55,504 nt of DNA from a virus (lineage: Duplodnaviria; Caudoviricetes). Both the position numbers and the translations under genes were made by a program. The stretch is taken from IMG/VR virus record IMGVR_UViG_3300027749_000136, positions 1-55,504 of that record, one strand, 5' to 3'. Below are positions 1 to 9,230 of the stretch, piece after piece. Position 1 is the first letter of the stretch, and every line of letters begins with the position of its first letter. The notes below the pieces were generated by a model, which saw nothing but the letters and a program-made list of their open reading frames with translations, ran no database searches and was not told the DNA's origin.

Positions 1-2
1 TT

Positions 3-566
3 GACAACAAGATCCATAAGGATGTTGTAGGGTTCTTAACTTTCTCTAAAAAGGATCTGTACGACTTTGATCCAAAGTCAGCAAGCCGTGCGTTTGCTAC
101 TCCACGTAGTTGGGCGTTTGTATCTGAGTTGTTGTTTGATGACGAAGAAGATACTGACACATTGACCGATTTGATCTCGGGTGCGGTTGGTGAAGGTTTG
201 GCTGTTAAGTTTATGGCTCACCGCAAGATTAGCTCAAAGTTGCCTGATCCTACAGACATCTTAAACGGCAAGGTTAAGAAAATGGATACTAAAGAAATCA
301 GTGCCATGTACTCATTAACTGTGTCATTGTGCTATGAGCTCAAAGATGCCTCTGACAAAAACGACAAGAAGTTTAACGATAAAGTTAACTACTTCTTCCA
401 GTTTATGATGGACAATTTTGAAACTGAGTTAGTTGTTATGGGTACCAAACTTGCATTGACTCAATACCAACTGCCGTTGGATCCGGACGAGATCAAGTGT
501 TTTGATGACTTCCATACTAAATATGGCAAGTACATTGCGGCAGCTACAGAAAAGCATTCACGCTAA
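3..566 (+). CDS. MoxR/AAA_5-like ATPase, C-terminal part (5'-truncated by window)
   Basis: The frame is open from base 3 (DNKIHKDVVGFL...RAFATPRSWAFVSELL). The FATPRSW sensor-II-like motif is present and the gene lies directly upstream of a VWA protein, the usual MoxR partner. Confidence 0.8.
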   Translation, partial: DNKIHKDVVGFLTFSKKDLYDFDPKSASRAFATPRSWAFVSELLFDDEEDTDTLTDLISGAVGEGLAVKFMAHRKISSKLPDPTDILNGKVKKMDTKEISAMYSLTVSLCYELKDASDKNDKKFNDKVNYFFQFMMDNFETELVVMGTKLALTQYQLPLDPDEIKCFDDFHTKYGKYIAAATEKHSR

Positions 567-582
567 TTTGAGCTAGCGTCAG

Positions 583-611
583 TTGACAGGAGCTTCGGCT
601 CCTGTTATAAT
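583..611 (+). promoter_or_regulatory. Consensus sigma70 promoter
   Basis: TTGACA (583-588), 17-nt spacer, TATAAT (606-611); AGGAG and ATG (643) follow. Confidence 0.85.
586..605 (+). terminator. c(UUCG)g hairpin embedded in the promoter spacer (possible terminator or processing stem)
   Basis: ACAGGAGC-TTCG-GCTCCTGT is a perfect 8-bp stem 20 nt after the AAA stop; the U tail is weak. Confidence 0.5.
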
Positions 612-642
612 ATATACATACAGCAAATACTTAGGAGCAAAT

Positions 643-1818
643 ATGTCAAGTTATCTAGATCCAATTGTTGACAAAATTATTGTAGCACGAGTTGGTCTGC
701 TACTACGCCATCCGTTTTTTGGTAATATGGCTACTCGTCTTAAAATTGAAGATGCTACAGAATGGTGTGCTACTGCTGCAACGGATGGACGTCATCTTTA
801 TTATAATAAAAACTTCTTTGCAGATTTAACTACTAAACAAGTTGAGTTTGTTGTTGCACACGAAATCCTACATAACGTTTTTGAACATATGCTACGAGTA
901 GAAGGTCGTGATCGTAAGATATGGAACATTGCTGCTGACTATTCAGTTAACGGTACGTTGGTCCGTGATCGTATCGGCGAAGTTCCTCCTAAGATTAAAA
1001 TCTTCCACGATCCTGTTCACTACGGCAAAAGTTCAGAGCAGATCTATGATGAAATCTACGATACTATGGATGACGATGAACTTAATGCATTGGGTCAACT
1101 TTTAGACGAGCATATTGACTGGGAGAAAGAAGGCAAGGGACGTCCTGCTTACTCAAAAGAAGAACTTAAACAAATCCGAGACGAAGTCAAAGAAGCAATG
1201 ATGACCGCGGCACAGGCCGCTGGTGCCGGAAATGTGCCTGCGGAAATTGGTCGTATGATCAAAGAGCTTACTGAGCCAAAAATGAACTGGCGTGAAATTC
1301 TGCGTCAGCAAATTCAAAGTACTATTAAGAATGACTACACCTTTATGCGTCCTAACCGTAAAGCGTGGCACATGAGTGCAATTTTGCCAGGTACTAACTA
1401 CGACGAGACAATTGATATCTGTATTGCTATTGACATGTCAGGTTCTATTAGTGATGAGCAGGCAAAAGACTTTATCAGCGAGATTAAAGGCATTATGGAT
1501 GAGTACAAAGAGTATAAGATTAAACTTTGGTGCTTTGATACCAAAGTATATAACGAAGCAGACTTTGACGGCTATGGTGCAGACATTATGGAATACGAAG
1601 TTAAAGGTGGCGGTGGTACTGAATTTGATGCTAACTGGGACTACATGAAACAACATGATATTAATCCTAAGAAGTTTATCATGTTTACAGATGGCTATCC
1701 TTGGGGATCATGGGGTGATGAAAATTACTGTGATACAGTATTCATTATCCACGGCAATAATACTATTGTTCCACCTTTTGGTGCTCACGCATACTATGAG
1801 TCTAGTGATAAAACTTGA
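643..1818 (+). CDS. DUF2201-type metallopeptidase plus VWA domain protein
   Basis: AATDG and HEILH (HExxH) in the N-half; MIDAS DMSGS, GGGGT and FTDG in the C-half. Start moved to ATG 643 because of the SD AGGAG at 633-637. Confidence 0.85.
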   Translation: MSSYLDPIVDKIIVARVGLLLRHPFFGNMATRLKIEDATEWCATAATDGRHLYYNKNFFADLTTKQVEFVVAHEILHNVFEHMLRVEGRDRKIWNIAADYSVNGTLVRDRIGEVPPKIKIFHDPVHYGKSSEQIYDEIYDTMDDDELNALGQLLDEHIDWEKEGKGRPAYSKEELKQIRDEVKEAMMTAAQAAGAGNVPAEIGRMIKELTEPKMNWREILRQQIQSTIKNDYTFMRPNRKAWHMSAILPGTNYDETIDICIAIDMSGSISDEQAKDFISEIKGIMDEYKEYKIKLWCFDTKVYNEADFDGYGADIMEYEVKGGGGTEFDANWDYMKQHDINPKKFIMFTDGYPWGSWGDENYCDTVFIIHGNNTIVPPFGAHAYYESSDKT

Positions 1819-2365
1819 TCCTGACGCATTCAGTGCTGGTCAAATTGAAAGTAAAATTTGGGCGGCACGTGAGTTAGAAACTGTAGTGCCTCAACTAAAA
1901 ATTGAGACACTACGTATTGCCATTTTAGGTGGATGGTATGCGCTACTACATTTTATTTTGCAAACTAGAGAACGTGTCACTATTGAATATTGCAGATCTT
2001 ATGATGTTGATCCGAGTGCGTGTATAGATGCAAATCTTATCAATAACACTTGGGAAATTAAAGACTGGCAATTTAGATCGTTCCCTAGAGATGCTAATAA
2101 AGCTATATACGATGATAACATTAATCTGGTAGTCAATACATCCACTGAACATTTTACCAGTAGAGAATGGTATGATCGTATTCCTACAGGAACGCTGTGT
2201 TTGTTTCAAGGTAATGATCTAGTTATTGATGATCACGTACAACGTCCGGAAAGTTTAGAACATTTTAAATCTCTTTGGCCGCTTAAAGAACTGTTTAGTG
2301 GATCTTTGCATTTTGATTTTAAAGATGCGCCCTACACTAGACATATGACTATTGGCTACAAATAA
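1796..2365 (+). CDS. Putative class I SAM-dependent methyltransferase-like protein
   Basis: IAILGGWYA glycine motif, acidic YDVDP after the second strand and VVNTSTEH. The likely start is ATG 1796 or GTG 1805, not 1655. Confidence 0.55.
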   Translation: MSLVIKLDPDAFSAGQIESKIWAARELETVVPQLKIETLRIAILGGWYALLHFILQTRERVTIEYCRSYDVDPSACIDANLINNTWEIKDWQFRSFPRDANKAIYDDNINLVVNTSTEHFTSREWYDRIPTGTLCLFQGNDLVIDDHVQRPESLEHFKSLWPLKELFSGSLHFDFKDAPYTRHMTIGYK

Positions 2366-2643
2366 TGGCATTAAAAAACGGCAAACCTAATCCACTTAAT
2401 GTACACGACTTGAGAAAAGTGTCATTTCCAGCAGATCACTTTCATTATGCACTATTAGGAAAATATACTCCTTCTTATTGTAAAACTGTAGACTCATGGA
2501 TTTACCATAATTTAAACAGTAGGTACTATATAGGACAAGCGGTAGACTTAGTTAATAATACTATTGTCTACACTACTAAAATCGGGTTTGAGCAAGAAAA
2601 AGAACTTAGTTTTTTCAAACTTGCCTGCCCACATCTAACGTAG
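2365..2643 (+). CDS. Hypothetical protein
   Basis: 92-aa ORF translationally coupled by a TAATG overlap. Confidence 0.7.
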   Translation: MALKNGKPNPLNVHDLRKVSFPADHFHYALLGKYTPSYCKTVDSWIYHNLNSRYYIGQAVDLVNNTIVYTTKIGFEQEKELSFFKLACPHLT

Positions 2644-2686
2644 ATGATAATTAATATGCATATATAAATGCATATAAGGAGGTCGT

Positions 2687-2911
2687 ATGACTGAAGAAAC
2701 TAATACACAACAACCAGCAGATGAAACTGCTCCACAACAAGAATCAGCTGAATTAACAATTTCTGATCTTAATGCAATGAGATCTATTATTGATATTGCT
2801 AGTTCACGCGGTGCATTCAAACCAAATGAAATGGTAGCTGTTGGACAAACATATATTAAACTAACTGCATTTTTAGATCAAGTTGCCAAACAACCTAAGC
2901 AAGGAGTTTGA
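2687..2911 (+). CDS. Hypothetical protein
   Basis: 74 aa with a strong SD AAGGAGG. Confidence 0.75.
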   Translation: MTEETNTQQPADETAPQQESAELTISDLNAMRSIIDIASSRGAFKPNEMVAVGQTYIKLTAFLDQVAKQPKQGV

Positions 2912-2912
2912 T

Positions 2913-3563
2913 ATGGCCCAAAATTTAAAACATGTAGGCCGTATTAAATCAACTGGGCGTAGATGTATGGTAGTGTTTAGAACACTACCCGGCGACGCAT
3001 TTAGCTGTTTAATTATTCAAACAGAAAGTTTAGAGCCTGATTACCATGATCAACTTGTTAGACTAGTTGAAACCCCAGGTGCTCAGCAGGCAAATGAATT
3101 TAGTGAAGTACTTGCTCGTGCAACATTCTCTGATGGTAGCACAATGTTGCCAAGTCTACATGTTAAGGGTCTATTAACTAAAGTTGGAACAGATCAAGTT
3201 GAAATGGTTCCAAACATGCAGGCTACAATTTTGTTATCAGAGTTAAATCAAGTTATTGCACAACAGGCCGGAATTAGTGTGCAGGATCTTGCAATTAAAC
3301 CAACTCCGCAAGACAATGTACAAATACAAGAATTAGCCAGAGTAAAAGATATTAGTCCTACTACTGGCAATACAGAGCCAATTGGTGATCAAGATTTTGG
3401 TCGGACTACTAGTGCTTCAGTTAATGAAGAACCATTAAGTGACGAATCTCTTGCTAAAAAATTCCGTAGTGACGCAGATCGTTTGAGCAAAGAGGCTGCT
3501 GAACTTCGTCGGCAAGCTGAAGAACTTGTACCTACAAAGAAAAAACAAACAGTTAAAGAGTGA
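2913..3563 (+). CDS. Hypothetical protein with C-terminal coiled coil
   Basis: SD AAGGAG before ATG 2913 (MAQNLKHVGRIK). Confidence 0.75.
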   Translation: MAQNLKHVGRIKSTGRRCMVVFRTLPGDAFSCLIIQTESLEPDYHDQLVRLVETPGAQQANEFSEVLARATFSDGSTMLPSLHVKGLLTKVGTDQVEMVPNMQATILLSELNQVIAQQAGISVQDLAIKPTPQDNVQIQELARVKDISPTTGNTEPIGDQDFGRTTSASVNEEPLSDESLAKKFRSDADRLSKEAAELRRQAEELVPTKKKQTVKE

Positions 3564-3880
3564 CTAAGGGAAGAATTTTTCCCAAAGATGTGGTTGAACA
3601 TTGGCCAGAAGTATTTGGGGAAATTACGTTAAACGTAGTTCCCCTAAAATACTTAGATTCAATCACTGTTGCATTTAAAAACAAAAAAGTTTGGGAAATA
3701 AAAATAAGTGCAAAACAGGCGCAGGAAGACTGGGAATCTTTTGAAAAGAATCTCAAAGAAATGCTTGCCTCGTACGAAAGCGAAATTGAAAATGTTGATT
3801 TTAAACTAGACACAGAACGAGTTAAAAAAGACATGATTAAGCATACTAATCTTTTTTTAAGAAAACGAAAATTAAAATGA
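3560..3880 (+). CDS. Hypothetical protein
   Basis: 106 aa; GTGA overlap with the upstream gene and ATGA overlap with thyX. Confidence 0.7.
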   Translation: MTKGRIFPKDVVEHWPEVFGEITLNVVPLKYLDSITVAFKNKKVWEIKISAKQAQEDWESFEKNLKEMLASYESEIENVDFKLDTERVKKDMIKHTNLFLRKRKLK

Positions 3881-4578
3881 ATGTTAAACTTCTATCTTAT
3901 TCACAACCAACTAAAGAATTTGCTAGTTTAGGAGTTGATGATGCGCAAGAACTCATTGCATATTGTGCTCGTGTCAGCAATCCCAGCAATCAACTCAACA
4001 CAGACACATCAGAAAAACTTATCAGATACTTGGTCAAACACCAACACTGGAGCCCACTCGAAATGGTCTCAGCCTGCATCGAAATTACTACAACCCGAGA
4101 TATTGCCCGTCAAATCTTGCGACACAGAAGTTTTAGTTTCCAAGAGTTCAGTCAGCGATATGCTGACCCTACTAAAGACTTGTCGTTTGTACGTAGAGAT
4201 GCACGAAAGCAAGATACAAAGAACAGACAAAACTCAATTGAATTAGACATTCAAAATGATGATGCTGATCGGTTCCTTGCTTATCAGTGGGAACAGATGC
4301 AAAATAAAGTTATTGAAACAGCCCAAAATGCTTATACATGGGCTATTGAAAAAGGCATCGCTAAAGAACAAGCCCGAGCTGTACTACCCGAAGGACTTAC
4401 AGAGAGCCGTTTGTATATGAATGGCACATTACGTAGCTGGATTCATTTTATTGAATTACGTAGTGCCAATGGCACACAGAAAGAGCATCAAGAAGTTGCA
4501 ATTGCCTGTGCTAAAGTTATTGCTACTATATTTCCAATGGCATCTGATTTAATTACTCAGGCCGATACGGCAACTTAA
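3877..4578 (+). CDS. thyX: Flavin-dependent thymidylate synthase
   Basis: ThyX motif RHRSFSFQEFSQRY, plus HWSPLE, KEQARAVLP and HFIELR. Confidence 0.95.
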   Translation: MNVKLLSYSQPTKEFASLGVDDAQELIAYCARVSNPSNQLNTDTSEKLIRYLVKHQHWSPLEMVSACIEITTTRDIARQILRHRSFSFQEFSQRYADPTKDLSFVRRDARKQDTKNRQNSIELDIQNDDADRFLAYQWEQMQNKVIETAQNAYTWAIEKGIAKEQARAVLPEGLTESRLYMNGTLRSWIHFIELRSANGTQKEHQEVAIACAKVIATIFPMASDLITQADTAT

Positions 4579-5623
4579 CATTAAGTTTAAATTGTTCGTA
4601 TAACCAGGACCAGTCATTAATTTTACTTAATGCGTCCTGGTTATTTTTATTCTCCGTTCCGTATTGCATACCTGACCTTGCACCAGGTATAACATACTCT
4701 CCAAATCGTCTATCTAAACCCTTACTGGTCCAGACAGACAGTCTTGTAGAATTTTCATTTTGGTCTGATCGTGCAATAGTATTACTGGCTAGTTTGGCGG
4801 CTTCGCGAAATCCACTGCGCCATGCATTCCACGGACTAGATGCAAATCTGTTAACGCTTGCAACTTTAGGCACTATAGTGAGTTTATTACTAAGACTAGT
4901 AGTTATGTCAACACCATCTTTTGTTATATCAAATAACATTTTAGGTAGTAGTTTAATAGCACCATTACCATACTCTAGATCGTTTATTTCATTACGGCTG
5001 TGCCAAATGTGTACTAGATCAAAATTATAATCCTCTACAAAATAATCAAAATCAAATGTGTCTAATACTTCATTATCCCCGTCAACTACCCAAAAATAGT
5101 CAGTTGTAGATTGTTCGGCACATGCTTTGTGACTAAGGTATATATTCTTTTCTCCGTATATACGTTTTGCCTGCGGAAATCTCTTACTTAATATTTGCCA
5201 GTTATCCCAACTGTTAGGTTCGTTGTAAGATAGAAAAAATATATCATATAGTATATCTGCTTGTATAACATATTCATTGACATATTTTAAATTATCAAAA
5301 AATTCTTGAGTTGTGTCTATATAATGATTTTTTGATATAAGATAACACTGAAACTTATCAACGTATTTTTGATATAGCTTAAAAACATGAACGTATTCTT
5401 TGTCCCATTTTTTAGGTTCAAAGGTTAACATTGCATCTAAGAATTCATAATTTGAATCTATAAACCAAAAGAATTTAGTAATTACAATTTTCTTAGCTAA
5501 GTCAGCAGTTGTAGTTAGTGTGCCGTTAAACTCTACAAATTTAGCAAAAGGATATTTTTCTACTAAGAGTGTTTTACGCTCTTCAGATAGCGGTTTAGAA
5601 TTATAAAATACTATATCGTACAT
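4553..5623 (-). CDS. Glycosyltransferase-like protein (GT-A fold, duplicated domain)
   Basis: YDIFFLSYNEP...FWVVDGD...YGNGAIKLLPK...WRSGFRE; a degenerate copy at the N-terminus (YDIVFY...FWFIDSN). Paralog of 5623-6534. Confidence 0.65.
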   Translation of the reverse strand: MYDIVFYNSKPLSEERKTLLVEKYPFAKFVEFNGTLTTTADLAKKIVITKFFWFIDSNYEFLDAMLTFEPKKWDKEYVHVFKLYQKYVDKFQCYLISKNHYIDTTQEFFDNLKYVNEYVIQADILYDIFFLSYNEPNSWDNWQILSKRFPQAKRIYGEKNIYLSHKACAEQSTTDYFWVVDGDNEVLDTFDFDYFVEDYNFDLVHIWHSRNEINDLEYGNGAIKLLPKMLFDITKDGVDITTSLSNKLTIVPKVASVNRFASSPWNAWRSGFREAAKLASNTIARSDQNENSTRLSVWTSKGLDRRFGEYVIPGARSGMQYGTENKNNQDALSKINDWSWLYEQFKLNVKLPYRPE

Positions 5624-6534
5624 TATTCTTTTTCCAAAAATCCAAAACCGGTACGATACTGATTTAAGTGTACGGCTTTAAAAAATTTACTAGCGTCAGC
5701 ATCTAATTCTGCTATCTCAAGATCAAGTGCGTTTTTTAAGCTGACACCGTAGGTATTGATCAAGTCTTCAACATTCATATGCTCTACCTCACTATGCCAT
5801 AGACTAGCAAGGTAATCAAAATCTCTAACTTGCACATAATCCCAATCTGTACAGTTAGTCAAATAACACCCGTGGCGAGCACCAAGGATTGCCCACAGAC
5901 CGTTTGTTGAGTCAGCTCCAACATTGAGCCATACTCGCAAACGATCTAAATTTTTCCAATGAATTTCTTTTTTAAATTCTTTGTTAGCAGTTCTAACTCC
6001 ACGCTCAAGTGACATCTTAACACCTTCACGGAAACCTGCTCGCCATGCCTGGAACGGACTTGCATTATTATACACATCACTAAAGCATCTATTCATCTGT
6101 ATGTACTCTGCATCCCAACAAAAATCTACCTGTGCATTAGGATCGTCAGCAGGTGCATTTTCGTGCGTTTTCATATCTAGAACATATTGTTTAGGCCATA
6201 ACTTTAATCCGCCATTACCGTACATAAGTCCGTTAACTACATTATATCCTGCCCAGCTGATAACACATTTTGATAAATCTTTATGTTCTTCAAAGTTAAC
6301 TTCTTGATTTAGGAAATCTTCACGTACAATATTGTCACCGTCAACTGTGACAAATCTTTCAGTTTCACTTAGATTTGCACAGGCTTTGTGTGCCGCATCA
6401 CTACCTTTAACTCCATGTACACGTTTAGCCCAAGGAACTTTAGCGCACAAATCGGCATAGTTTTTTTCAGCATTTGGCTCGTCATAACTAAGATAGATAA
6501 TATCATAGTCTAAAATTTTAACTGTTTGTGTCAT
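5623..6534 (-). CDS. Glycosyltransferase-like protein (GT-A fold)
   Basis: YDIIYLSYDEP, DxD motif VTVDGD, YGNGGLKLWPK and WRAGFREG. Confidence 0.7.
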   Translation of the reverse strand: MTQTVKILDYDIIYLSYDEPNAEKNYADLCAKVPWAKRVHGVKGSDAAHKACANLSETERFVTVDGDNIVREDFLNQEVNFEEHKDLSKCVISWAGYNVVNGLMYGNGGLKLWPKQYVLDMKTHENAPADDPNAQVDFCWDAEYIQMNRCFSDVYNNASPFQAWRAGFREGVKMSLERGVRTANKEFKKEIHWKNLDRLRVWLNVGADSTNGLWAILGARHGCYLTNCTDWDYVQVRDFDYLASLWHSEVEHMNVEDLINTYGVSLKNALDLEIAELDADASKFFKAVHLNQYRTGFGFLEKE

Positions 6535-7144
6535 ATAATATTTGATACCCTATTGTTGAGAAAAAATTTCTCACAAAGATTCTATTTTCAGTGTTTGCTT
6601 CTTTAGGTGAAGCGTGTGCAACGTATAATCGATCAGTATTAATTAAGTCGTTTAATGACATTTTAATACCTCTAATTAACATATTGTTATTATTTTTATC
6701 AACTACAAAAACTTCAAATGTAGTATTAAGATTATGAGATTGTAAAGTATCTCGTTGATCTGGTCTTAATTGAAATCCCCATTGCTCCAGTAGTGGATAA
6801 TTTTCAATAGTAAATGTACTATCCCAATTATCCACTAACGGTACTTGATCAATAGATACTAACTTAATATCGCCTTCGGATTTAGAAACAATAGTTGGTG
6901 TTGTTTGATCAGCAAATATAATCTTATAGTTAGACAATTGCTTTTTACCAATTAAGAATGGTCTAACTACTGCATAATCAACGTCTATAGAATTAGTAAA
7001 TTCTAAATTTTCTTCGTTGGTTATTGATAGTATATCTCCGGTATCTTTACTAAAATATACTTTATAGACAGCTGGCACATTACTTATTGCAAGTGCGTGT
7101 GCTAGTAGCTCAGGAGGAATAATATCTTCTTCTGGATTATACAT
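6518..7144 (-). CDS. Hypothetical protein within the glycosyltransferase operon
   Basis: 208-aa ORF overlapping both neighbours. Confidence 0.7.
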   Translation of the reverse strand: MYNPEEDIIPPELLAHALAISNVPAVYKVYFSKDTGDILSITNEENLEFTNSIDVDYAVVRPFLIGKKQLSNYKIIFADQTTPTIVSKSEGDIKLVSIDQVPLVDNWDSTFTIENYPLLEQWGFQLRPDQRDTLQSHNLNTTFEVFVVDKNNNNMLIRGIKMSLNDLINTDRLYVAHASPKEANTENRIFVRNFFSTIGYQILYDTNS

Positions 7145-7961
7145 TTAATTTCTTTATAATTTCGTCAGTTAAAAACTTGTCGTTAACATAATGGAACACT
7201 CCACGTTGTTTAAAATTATTCAAATATAATTCGTGAGTATCAGTAAAGTTAATTAACAACTGACTTAGGCAAGATTCGGGAATCGGGTCCCATCCCTGTA
7301 ATGCTGGTTTTAAATGTGTAAAAGTAAATGGACTATTTTTGTTTGTAATAACGTCATCAATTCCTAATAAAGTAGCAGCTATTGCAATTGACACATCAAG
7401 ACTATAAAAATTCTGCATGTTTTTAGGAGCAACAGTATAATACATTTTCTCCCAATTGTATGTTATAAATTCTAACAATTTAAAAAATTCAAGAGCAGTA
7501 TCTGACTTTCTAAAATAACACATACCTGAATATAGATTTGGTAAGTCATTAGCCACAAACATTTTTCTATATGTAGAATTATCAATCACACGATTTTTAT
7601 AATCAACTACTAACGATGTAAACACTAAATTTCGATCGTTGACAAAATCCCATACACCTTCAATATTATCTAGTACTAACATATCAGTATCAAATATTAT
7701 AGTTTTATCGTAAGGGCTAGCGTAATAAAGTTTCCATCTATTTTCAACTTTCCATGTACTATTAGATGCCGCATCATTAAATGGAATTGGAATTATTTTA
7801 TCAAATGCTGACTGATATTCTTCAGGGATTGAATCATTAGTGACAATACTGATATTATTAATATTGGGCTGAGTTGCTTTAATACTTAATGCCAATGCAT
7901 ATGCTTGTCGGACATAATCAACATCACTATTTTGAGCAAGAACTAAAAACCCTTTACTCAT
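7137..7961 (-). CDS. GT8-like glycosyltransferase
   Basis: ALALSIK, SPYDKTIIFDTDML (DxD), YSGMCYF and FTHLK, a GT8-like motif arrangement. Confidence 0.7.
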   Translation of the reverse strand: MSKGFLVLAQNSDVDYVRQAYALALSIKATQPNINNISIVTNDSIPEEYQSAFDKIIPIPFNDAASNSTWKVENRWKLYYASPYDKTIIFDTDMLVLDNIEGVWDFVNDRNLVFTSLVVDYKNRVIDNSTYRKMFVANDLPNLYSGMCYFRKSDTALEFFKLLEFITYNWEKMYYTVAPKNMQNFYSLDVSIAIAATLLGIDDVITNKNSPFTFTHLKPALQGWDPIPESCLSQLLINFTDTHELYLNNFKQRGVFHYVNDKFLTDEIIKKLNV

Positions 7962-8797
7962 TTAGCAGTCCCCATATCTATACATCTTGTTAAACTATAT
8001 TTGTTCATAACATGCATATCTAAACTATCTGTTTTAGTAGCTATAAATTCACCAAAGTAGTTTTTCTTTTCTACTAAAAATTTTAAAGAATTTTCTTTTA
8101 TTTCTATTAGCAGGTCTCTATCAAGAGTATAATTCATCTTTCCGGGAAGCTCTGCAAAAAATTCTTTCCCCATTATATGTATTGCTATACTAAATGCAAA
8201 ATCATTTCTAAAAATTGCAGAATCAATGTTATATAACGACCTATAGTAAGACCAATTTTCTTTTATGTAATTGACAATATCAAAAAATGATTTATTAGTG
8301 GAAGTTTTTTTAAAATAAAATGTAGTTGCCCAATAAAACGGAATTGAATATTGATTCAAATATTTAAAGCTACTGTCATCTCTCCATTGCGCTAGATCAA
8401 AGCTATTAGAATAGATTAAAAAATCATTCTGATTATTCCATATGTTTGATAAATTACTACTACTAATAATATAGTCACTATCAATAACTAGTGTTTCGTC
8501 GTATGGGGTTAAATTATAACAATCAGACCGTGATAAGTTTTTCCATACCAATGTTTTTGACGATAATGTTCCGTCGTAGAATTGTTTAGTTTGATCTGTG
8601 TCAGTCCATATAGGTATAATATTATCAAATACTTCATCAGCGTCTGGCTGGCTTGCTAATAACCAGTCTTTGCTGTCTGTCACTAGGCTAACTGGAACAT
8701 TTAAATATTGTTTTACCCGCTTGGCTGCAAATAGTGAGATTTTAGCATAATCAATCTCACTGTTGTTTTGAGCAAAAATTAATACGCCACGTGTCAT
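7958..8797 (-). CDS. GT8-like glycosyltransferase
   Basis: TPYDETLVIDSDY (DxD), FRNDFAFSIA and HVMNK. Paralog of 7137-7961 with a shared GxLxxAQN N-terminus. Confidence 0.7.
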   Translation of the reverse strand: MTRGVLIFAQNNSEIDYAKISLFAAKRVKQYLNVPVSLVTDSKDWLLASQPDADEVFDNIIPIWTDTDQTKQFYDGTLSSKTLVWKNLSRSDCYNLTPYDETLVIDSDYIISSSNLSNIWNNQNDFLIYSNSFDLAQWRDDSSFKYLNQYSIPFYWATTFYFKKTSTNKSFFDIVNYIKENWSYYRSLYNIDSAIFRNDFAFSIAIHIMGKEFFAELPGKMNYTLDRDLLIEIKENSLKFLVEKKNYFGEFIATKTDSLDMHVMNKYSLTRCIDMGTAK

Positions 8798-9141
8798 AAA
8801 TTAATTAAATCTTCAACTTTTCTTTTAGACTTAATTGATCCATATTTAGACAAATACGTATTAGTTGCTAATGTATAAACTTCTCGTAAATTGTCTAAAA
8901 ATTCTTTTAAATTTTTAACATTTAACGGAATATAATTATCATCTAAAATAATAGATTCGTTATCTCCGAGCTCAATTAACGTATGTACGAATACTATCAA
9001 TTCTCGTGTCACTGTGAAACTCGAACCTTGAAAATAATATATAAGACTTTGTTGATATTCTTCTAATGCTGTTTTCCTAAGATTACTTAGGGTAGCCATA
9101 TAATTGGCTGTTTGAAATGCTTTTTCTATTCGTTCGTCCAC
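8794..9141 (-). CDS. Hypothetical protein, first gene of the GT operon
   Basis: GTG start with SD GGAGG (9147-9151). Confidence 0.75.
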   Translation of the reverse strand: MDERIEKAFQTANYMATLSNLRKTALEEYQQSLIYYFQGSSFTVTRELIVFVHTLIELGDNESIILDDNYIPLNVKNLKEFLDNLREVYTLATNTYLSKYGSIKSKRKVEDLINL

Positions 9142-9155
9142 AGAGACCTCCAGAT

Positions 9156-9180
9156 TAACTACTATACAGTATAGTAGTTA
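9156..9180. repeat. Perfect 12-bp inverted repeat (operator-like)
   Basis: TAACTACTATAC-A-GTATAGTAGTTA, covering the -10 box and most of the spacer. Confidence 0.8.
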
Positions 9181-9189
9181 TCTTGTCAA
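9161..9189 (-). promoter_or_regulatory. sigma70 promoter of the GT operon
   Basis: Minus strand TTGACA (9189-9184), 17 nt, TATAGT (9166-9161). Confidence 0.75.
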
Positions 9190-9202
9190 TGGTAGTTGGA
9201 GG

Positions 9203-9230
9203 TAAAATCCTGACTGCGTAGCAGTAGGAT
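9203..9230 (-). terminator. Probable intrinsic terminator of the tail operon
   Basis: Minus strand ATCCTACTGC-TAC-GCAGTCAGGAT followed by TTT, right at the stop of 9230-10147. Confidence 0.55.
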
